Below, piece by piece: positions 58,136 through 64,000 of a stretch of DNA of 64,000 nt. Numbering within the stretch: position 1 is the stretch's first letter; each line of letters starts with the position of its first letter. Made by a program: the position numbers and the translations under genes. Source of the stretch: Coriobacteriaceae bacterium EMTCatB1. Lineage in GTDB: Bacteria > Actinomycetota > Coriobacteriia > Anaerosomatales > Anaerosomataceae. A model generated the notes under the pieces. The model was given only the letters and a program-made list of their open reading frames with translations. It searched no databases and was not told the DNA's origin. The DNA is taken from assembly GCA_001950395.1 (NCBI GenBank), contig BDLO01000001.1:469979-533978 (forward strand). The letters run 5' to 3'.

Positions 58136-59239
58136 GTGACGATGGCGACTGAGGAGCTCACACTCAACATCGGCCCGTCTCACCCCTCGACCCACGGGGT
58201 GTGTCGGCTGGTGGTCCGCCTCGACGGCGAGATTGTCACGCACGTCGAGCCCGTGATCGGGCATCTGCACCGCGGCATCGAGAAGATCGCCGAGAACCGC
58301 ACGTACCTGCAGGTGGTGCCGCTCACCGACCGGCTCGACTACGTCGGCTCGATGTACGCCAACTGGGCGTACTGCCGGGCGGTCGAGCGCCTTGCTGGCA
58401 TCCGAGTGCCGGAGCGCGCGGAGTACATCCGCGTCATCGTGTGCGAGCTGCAGCGCATCGCCAGCCACATGATGGGCATCGGGTCGAGCGCCGCAGACAC
58501 CGGCGCGACGTCCGCCTTCCTGTACGCGTTCGATCAGCGCGAGAAGGTCATCGACCTGTTCGAGGCGTTGTGCGGCGCGCGTCTCACGTACAACTACGTG
58601 CGGCCTGGCGGCGTGGCGTTCGAGCTTCCCGACGGCTGGATAGAACAGTGCCGCGCGTTCATCGAGCAGCACCCGTCGGCCATGCTCACGATCGACGAGT
58701 TCTTCTTCGGCAATGCGATCGCCCGCGTTCGACTCAAAGGGATCGGCGTCCTGGACGCGGATACGGCCGTCGCGTGGGGGGTGTCGGGTCCTGCGGCGCG
58801 CGGTTCCGGCGTGGACTGGGACCTGCGGCGCGACGACCCGTACTCGGTCTACCCCCGGTTCGACTTCGACGTCCCGCTCGGGTCGAATGGCGACTGCTTC
58901 GACCGCGCTCGCATCCGTCTGTGGGAGTGCATCGAGAGCTGCCGCATCATCGAGCAGGCGCTCGACCAGATCGAGCCCGGTCCGATCATGGCAGAGGGGC
59001 TGCCCCGGCTGCTCGCGCCGCGTCCCGGCGACGCGTACGACCACATCGAGAGCGCGCGCGGCTCGCTCGGCGTGTACGTCGTGAGCGACGGCTCTCCGAG
59101 ACCGTACCGGATGAAGGTGCGCTCGCCAGCGTTCTGCAACCTCGCGGTGCTGCCTGAGATCGCGGTCGGCTACACGCTCTCGGACCTGCTGGTGATCTTG
59201 GGTTCGCTCGATCCCGTCTTCGGGGAGGTCGACCGATGA
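58136..59239 (+). CDS. nuoD: NADH-quinone oxidoreductase subunit D
   Basis: 367 aa. Motifs NIGPSHPSTHGV and GHLHRGIEK; C-terminus LGSLDPVFGEVDR. Confidence 0.93.
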   Translation: MTMATEELTLNIGPSHPSTHGVCRLVVRLDGEIVTHVEPVIGHLHRGIEKIAENRTYLQVVPLTDRLDYVGSMYANWAYCRAVERLAGIRVPERAEYIRVIVCELQRIASHMMGIGSSAADTGATSAFLYAFDQREKVIDLFEALCGARLTYNYVRPGGVAFELPDGWIEQCRAFIEQHPSAMLTIDEFFFGNAIARVRLKGIGVLDADTAVAWGVSGPAARGSGVDWDLRRDDPYSVYPRFDFDVPLGSNGDCFDRARIRLWECIESCRIIEQALDQIEPGPIMAEGLPRLLAPRPGDAYDHIESARGSLGVYVVSDGSPRPYRMKVRSPAFCNLAVLPEIAVGYTLSDLLVILGSLDPVFGEVDR

Positions 59240-60186
59240 CGTCGTTTCTGCTCGGCGCTTTGTGGGGCGTGGTCGGCGTCGTGGTGATCGCTGGCGGCGC
59301 CGTGATCGGCGTGTGGTGGGAGCGCAAGGTGGCCGGCCGGATCCAGCTCCGCTACGGCCCGCAGCAGATCGGCCCCGCGGGGTCGTTGCAGATGCTCGCC
59401 GACGTTCCGAAGCTCCTGTTCAAGGAGGACGTTGTGCCGAGCGGCGCCGACAAGCCGCTGTTCAAGTACGCGCCTCTGGTCGTGTTCGCACCCGTCGCCG
59501 CCGCGATCGCGGTCATCCCGTTCGCGAAGGGGTGGGCGATGTTCGACACGGCGGTGGGCGTGCTGTTCTTCTTGGCCGTGCCGTCGATCGAAGTGGTGGC
59601 GATTCTCGTCGCGGCATGGGCGCAGCGCAACACCTACTCGGCGCTTGGCGGTCTTCGCGCCGCCTCGCAGATGATCGCCTACGAGGTTCCGCGCGCGCTC
59701 TCGGTGGCTCCGCTCGTGCTGCTCGCCGGCTCGCTGCGCCCGACCGACCTGGTCGCGGCCTGGCGTTGGTGGTGGGTGCCGCTCCTTGCGCTGGCGTTCC
59801 TGATCTACCTCATCTCGTCGATCGCCGAGATGAACCGCGGGCCGTTCGACTTGCCCGAAGCAGAATCGGAGCTGGTGGCGGGCTACTTCGCGGACTACTC
59901 CGGCATGCGGTGGGCGATCTTCATGATGGCTGAGTACGGCGCCATCATCACCACGAGCCTGTTCGCTGCCGCGACCTTCCTCGGCGCGGGCTGGCCGTTC
60001 GACGGCGCGCTTGGCGTCGTGGCGCTGATTGTGAAGGCGGCGGCTCTGGTGACGCTGGTCATGTGGACGAAGTGGACCCTTCCTCGCATCCGACAAGACC
60101 AGCTTCTCCGCTTCTGCTGGACGGTGCTCGTGCCCGCTGCGCTCGTGCAGCTGGCGATCGTCGGGGTGGTGCTCCCATGGCTGTGA
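59236..60186 (+). CDS. nuoH: NADH-quinone oxidoreductase subunit H
   Basis: 316-aa polytopic protein with ERKVAGRIQLRYGPQ and ESELVAGYFADYSGMRW. It directly follows nuoD, with no nuoE/F/G between them. Confidence 0.92.
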   Translation: MTSFLLGALWGVVGVVVIAGGAVIGVWWERKVAGRIQLRYGPQQIGPAGSLQMLADVPKLLFKEDVVPSGADKPLFKYAPLVVFAPVAAAIAVIPFAKGWAMFDTAVGVLFFLAVPSIEVVAILVAAWAQRNTYSALGGLRAASQMIAYEVPRALSVAPLVLLAGSLRPTDLVAAWRWWWVPLLALAFLIYLISSIAEMNRGPFDLPEAESELVAGYFADYSGMRWAIFMMAEYGAIITTSLFAAATFLGAGWPFDGALGVVALIVKAAALVTLVMWTKWTLPRIRQDQLLRFCWTVLVPAALVQLAIVGVVLPWL

Positions 60187-62219
60187 GAGACGAGCGTCCC
60201 AAGACGCCTGAGACGGTCTCGGAGCTTCCGGGCGAGAAGCAAGGGCTGATCGCCGGGGCGATGTCTATCGTCAAGGGTTTCTCGATCACCGTGAAAGCCG
60301 CCGCGACCCGTCCGAGCACGGTCAAGTACCCGAAGGAACGGGTCACCATCAGCCCCAGGTGGCGAGGGCCGCTTGCGCTCAGAGGCGTCCTCGGCAGGGA
60401 CGAGATACCGCTGCTGCGCGGGCCGTCGTACGCGTACAACGAGCTCATCGACGACCTCTACAAGAAGGACCGGCTCCCGCCGTGCGTCGGGAACTGCCCC
60501 GCCAACGTGGACGCTCGCGGGCAGGCGTACCTCATCGCCGACAACCGCGTGGTGGAGGCCTACGAGCTCGTGCGGGACCGCAACATCTTGCCTGGCGTGC
60601 TCGGCCGCATCTGCCACCACCCGTGCGAGAGCGCGTGCAAGCGCAACTTCTACGACGAGCCGATCGCCATCCGGCCGCTGCACCGCTTCGCCTTCGAGGA
60701 GTATCGCAAGATCCGGCACGAGCGCATCTCGCCGTTCCCGCGCACGCAGGGCAAGAGCGTCTGCATCGTGGGGTCTGGTCCGTCCGGCCTGGCTGCGGCG
60801 TACGACCTGCTCAAGCTCGGCTATCGCGTGGTGATGTACGAGCGCGAGCGCAAGCCAGGCGGAGCGCTCAACACCGGCGTGCCGGCGTATCGGCTGCCTC
60901 GCGAGGTGCTGTACGAGGAGATCGACGACATCGTGGGGCTTGGACTTGAGCTCAACACCGGAGTGGAGGTCGGCAAAGACGTCCCGCTCGCGAAGCTCAT
61001 GCGCGAGCACGACGCCGTGCTGCTTGCCGTAGGCCTGCAACAGAGCCGCCTGCTCCCGATCCCCGGGACCGATGCGGAAGGGGTCGTCGGCGCGCTGGAG
61101 TTCCTGTGGTCGGCGAACTTCAAGCACGAGGCGGGCGTGCGTGGCAAGCGGGTCCTCGTGATCGGAGGCGGCAACGTCGCCGTCGACGTCGCGCGCTGCG
61201 CGCTGCGCGTGGGCGCCTCGGAGGTGAAGCTCGCGTGCTTGGAGTCCGAGAGCGAGATGCCGTGCCACCCGTGGGAGATCGCGGAGGCGCTCGACGAAGG
61301 CGTGACGGCGCTGTGCTCGCTCGGGCCAGAAGAGGTGCTGACCAAGCACAACCAAGTGGTGGGGATGCGCATGCGCTCCTGCCTGTCGGTGTTCGACGAG
61401 ACGGGGCGTTTCGCGCCGAAGTTCGGCGAGGAGACCACGGACGTGGCAGCGGACGTGATCGTCTTCGCCATCGGCCAGGCGCCGAAGATCGACCAGCTCG
61501 TGGCGGGAACTGAGCTGTTGGTAAGCGGCAGGGGCCAGCTGGTCGTCGACGGCACGCTGTTCACGACCTCGGTCGACGGCGTGTTCGCGTGCGGCGAGAT
61601 CGTGACGGGCCCTGGCAGCGCCATCGGCTCGATTGCGACCGGCCACGAGGCCGCCACGTCGATCCACCGCTACCTCCAAGGGCTTCCGCTCGACGGGGAC
61701 CGCGTCGCGCGTCCGGTCCCTGTGTATCCTAAGCACGCGCCAGCCGACACGCGCGGCATCGAGTCGAGCCGCCGCAGAGCGGTCATGCCGATGGCCGACC
61801 CATCTGAGCGGGCGACCGACTTCCGGCAAGTCGAGCTCGGGCTCACCCGGCAAGAGGCGATGGCCGAGGCCATGCGGTGCTTGAGATGCGAGTCTGAGGT
61901 GTGCGTGGGGTGCACCTTCTGCGCGAGGACGTGCCCTGACTACGCGATCGCGGTCGAGCGCGTGGACGAGGCCGGTGCGCGGTGCCTCACGCGTTACGAC
62001 CTCGACCTCACGAAGTGCTGCTTCTGCGGATTGTGCGCCGAGCAGTGCCCGACGAAAGCGCTCCATCATACGGGCCAGTACGAGCTGTCGTTCTGGCACC
62101 GCGACCTCATGGTGTTCGACAAGGGCGAGATGCTCCGTCCGCCTATCGGCACGCGCGCCACCGGCCGCGACGGCATCTCGCCGCCAGGGTGCCCCGTCCC
62201 GCGGAAGGAGGAGGCATGA
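60177..62219 (+). CDS. nuoI: NuoI (2x[4Fe-4S] subunit) with an inserted GltD/NfnB-like NAD(P)H-dependent FeS flavoprotein module
   Basis: ATG 60177 overlaps the nuoH stop. NuoI N-terminus: IVKGFSITVKAAATRPSTVKYPKERVTISPRWRGPLALRG. The insert (about nt 60390-61860) has CVGNCP...ICHHPCESACKR, VCIVGSGPSGLAAAYDL, VLVIGGGNVAVDVA and VFACGEIVTGPGS. NuoI ferredoxin core: CVGCTFCARTCP ... TRYDLDLTKCCFCGLCAEQCP. It is one uninterrupted ORF. Confidence 0.85.
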   Translation: MAVRDERPKTPETVSELPGEKQGLIAGAMSIVKGFSITVKAAATRPSTVKYPKERVTISPRWRGPLALRGVLGRDEIPLLRGPSYAYNELIDDLYKKDRLPPCVGNCPANVDARGQAYLIADNRVVEAYELVRDRNILPGVLGRICHHPCESACKRNFYDEPIAIRPLHRFAFEEYRKIRHERISPFPRTQGKSVCIVGSGPSGLAAAYDLLKLGYRVVMYERERKPGGALNTGVPAYRLPREVLYEEIDDIVGLGLELNTGVEVGKDVPLAKLMREHDAVLLAVGLQQSRLLPIPGTDAEGVVGALEFLWSANFKHEAGVRGKRVLVIGGGNVAVDVARCALRVGASEVKLACLESESEMPCHPWEIAEALDEGVTALCSLGPEEVLTKHNQVVGMRMRSCLSVFDETGRFAPKFGEETTDVAADVIVFAIGQAPKIDQLVAGTELLVSGRGQLVVDGTLFTTSVDGVFACGEIVTGPGSAIGSIATGHEAATSIHRYLQGLPLDGDRVARPVPVYPKHAPADTRGIESSRRRAVMPMADPSERATDFRQVELGLTRQEAMAEAMRCLRCESEVCVGCTFCARTCPDYAIAVERVDEAGARCLTRYDLDLTKCCFCGLCAEQCPTKALHHTGQYELSFWHRDLMVFDKGEMLRPPIGTRATGRDGISPPGCPVPRKEEA

Positions 62220-62710
62220 CGGCGCAGTCAGCAGGGCTCGCGCTCGCGATCGCGCTCATGCTCGCTGGCGCGATCGGCGCGGTGCTCCTCAAGGAGGTCA
62301 TGCGCGTGATGATCGCGCTGGGCGCGTTCCTCTTCGGCGTTGCGGCGATGTACGCCTACCTCGGGTACAGCTTCTTGGCGATCGCGCAAGTCTTCGTGTA
62401 CGTGGGCGGCGTGCTCGTGCTCATGGTCTTCGCGGTGATGACCGCGCGACGTGCCGACGGCGAGAGGCCGGCTATCGTGAGCCGCCACGACGTGGGCTCG
62501 GCAGCGGTCGCTGCCGGCGTCGGCGCCATGCTGTTCTTGAGCTTGCGGACTGCGTTCGGGGACACGTCGGTTCCCGTGTCGCGCTCGGCGTCAGACCTTG
62601 CATCGGAGCTGCTCGGGCCGCGCCTCGTCGCCTTCGAGGCAGCGGGCGTGTTCCTTCTCGCCGCGCTCGTCGCCGTCGCAGTGATCCTGAAGGGCGGTGA
62701 GGAGCGATGA
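62216..62710 (+). CDS. nuoJ: NADH-quinone oxidoreductase subunit J
   Basis: ATG 62216 follows GGAAGGAGGAGG. About 164 aa and 5 TM segments, with YLGYSFLAIAQVFVYVGGVLVLMVF typical of NuoJ. Confidence 0.88.
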   Translation: MTAQSAGLALAIALMLAGAIGAVLLKEVMRVMIALGAFLFGVAAMYAYLGYSFLAIAQVFVYVGGVLVLMVFAVMTARRADGERPAIVSRHDVGSAAVAAGVGAMLFLSLRTAFGDTSVPVSRSASDLASELLGPRLVAFEAAGVFLLAALVAVAVILKGGEER

Positions 62711-63003
62711 TCGCTCTGGCGGTCGCGTGCGCGCTGTTCTCGCTGGGGTTGTACGCCGTGCTCAGCCGGCGCGACATCATCGGGGTGCTCGTCGGCGTCG
62801 AGATCATGCTGGGAGCAGGAAGCGTCCTTCTTGCGTCGCTGGGCGCTGCGTCAGGCGCGTCGTCTGGCAGCGTGCAGGCGATCGGCGTCATGGTGTTGCT
62901 GCTGGCGGCAGCCGAAGCTGCGGTGGGGCTGTCGCTCCTGCTTTCGCTCTACCGGACCTCAGGCAGGAGCCGCGTCGACGAGCTGAGCGAGGTGAGCGGC
63001 TGA
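62707..63003 (+). CDS. nuoK: NADH-quinone oxidoreductase subunit K
   Basis: 98 aa, 3 TM segments, with the conserved Glu in GVEIML and the segment AAAEAAVGLSLL. Confidence 0.9.
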   Translation: MIALAVACALFSLGLYAVLSRRDIIGVLVGVEIMLGAGSVLLASLGAASGASSGSVQAIGVMVLLLAAAEAAVGLSLLLSLYRTSGRSRVDELSEVSG

Positions 63004-64000
63004 TGGGCGCTCTCCTCGTGTCGATCGGTCTTCCGCTGGCGATCACTGTCGTGATCGTCGCGGGCGGGGCTCGCTCGGTGCGCGTCACGCGGGTGTTCGC
63101 CCTGGCAGGGCCTCTCGCCGCGTTGGCGGCGGGGGCGTCTCTCATCGCGAGCGCTCACGGAGGCGCCGCGGCGCCGTCGTGGAACGGCGCGTGGCTTGCG
63201 CAAGGCGGCGCCGCGGCGCCGGTCGGCTTCGCAGGCGATGCGCTGGCTGCGCTCATGCTCGTCATCGTCGGGGCCGTGGCGGCGTGCGTGGTGGCATTCT
63301 CGTGGGGCTACATGGCGCACGAGGACGGGCAGCCCAGGTACTACGCGGTGCTCATGCTGTTCGTCTCGGCGATGTCGGTGCTCGTGCTTGCCGACAACCT
63401 CGTGACGCTCTTCATCGGGTGGGAGCTCGTCGGCGCGTGCTCGTACCTGCTGATCGGCTTCTGGTACCGGAAGCCGGCGGCGACGCGAGCCGCCATCAAG
63501 GCGTTCATGACCACGCGCGTCGGAGACGTTGCCATGCTCGTCGGCATGGCGGTGCTGTGGCGCCACGCCGGGACGCTATCAGTCCGCGAGATCGTCGCTG
63601 CGCTTCCGAGGATGGAGCCGGGTGTGATCACAGCAGCGGCGCTGCTGCTCTTCGGCGGCGCGGCCGGGAAATCCGCGCAGTTCCCGCTGCACATCTGGCT
63701 GCCGGACGCCATGGAGGGTCCGACGCCAGTCTCAGCGCTCATCCACGCCGCGACGATGGTTGCGTCGGGCGTCTTTCTGGTGGCGCGGACCTGGCCGGTC
63801 TTCGAGGCGAGCGCTCTGGCGCGCACGGTGATGCTCGCCATCGGCGTCGTGACGGCGCTGTACGCGGCTGTCGTCGCGCTCGCGCAGACCGACATCAAGA
63901 AGATGCTGGCGTACTCGACGATAAGCCAGCTCGGATTCATGTTCGCCGCTCTAGGCGCTGGCGCGTGGGGCGCTGCGATGTTCCACCTCACGACGCACGC
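63003..64000 (+). CDS. nuoL: NADH-quinone oxidoreductase subunit L (3' end beyond window)
   Basis: ATG 63003 overlaps the nuoK stop (TGATG). The frame is open to the window end. My own translation gives GWELVGACSYLLIGFWY and KSAQFPLHIWLPDAMEGPTPVSALIHAATMV. Confidence 0.9.
   Translation, partial: MGALLVSIGLPLAITVVIVAGGARSVRVTRVFALAGPLAALAAGASLIASAHGGAAAPSWNGAWLAQGGAAAPVGFAGDALAALMLVIVGAVAACVVAFSWGYMAHEDGQPRYYAVLMLFVSAMSVLVLADNLVTLFIGWELVGACSYLLIGFWYRKPAATRAAIKAFMTTRVGDVAMLVGMAVLWRHAGTLSVREIVAALPRMEPGVITAAALLLFGGAAGKSAQFPLHIWLPDAMEGPTPVSALIHAATMVASGVFLVARTWPVFEASALARTVMLAIGVVTALYAAVVALAQTDIKKMLAYSTISQLGFMFAALGAGAWGAAMFHLTTH

Noticed and set aside
59895-62099. 734-aa minus-strand ORF antisense to nuoH and nuoI
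   Set aside because: It lies opposite an operon of overlapping, motif-rich nuo genes and has the composition typical of antisense frames in GC-rich DNA.

Overview
High-G+C window that, by gene order, looks like an anaerobic Gram-positive of the Actinomycetota type (taxonomy is inference only). About 29 kb is a conserved housekeeping block on the + strand: lepA-hemW, CIRCE-hrcA-dnaJ-rsmE-mtaB, phoH-pgpH-like-ybeY-dgkA-corC-cdd-era-deoC-recO, glyQS, PDRP-ppdK, dgt, hppA, dnaG-rpoD. Three parts are not ordinary. (1) Multihaem c-type cytochromes: a hexahaem gene cut by the left edge, and a minus-strand pair at 29.8-34.9 kb. That pair is a nine-haem protein fused to an Ig-like domain and three CWB2 cell-wall-binding repeats, followed by a membrane-anchored cytochrome with 24 CxxCH motifs built from trihaem repeats, including a recent 186-bp tandem duplication. 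Together they look like a wall-spanning extracellular electron-transfer conduit. (2) A cell-envelope glycopolymer locus at 35.5-54 kb: PASTA-amidase, LCP-like protein, Wzz/BY-kinase, flippase, polymerase, glycosyltransferases, TagA-like, gmd/fcl, priming transferase, wecB, galE. It contains a visibly lower-G+C cassette (about 40.2-48.4 kb) and is bracketed by CWB2 proteins. (3) A nuo operon (A-B-C-D-H-I-J-K-L, running off the right edge) with no nuoEFG between nuoD and nuoH. Its NuoI carries an inserted segment of about 490 aa resembling a GltD/NfnB-type NAD(P)H flavoprotein. Two Rex-like operators precede nuoA. Three tRNAs (Asn, Met-CAT, Val) were read by hand. No CRISPR array, IS element, integrase or rRNA was seen. 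All calls come from motif reading of the supplied translations and DNA; no searches were run.
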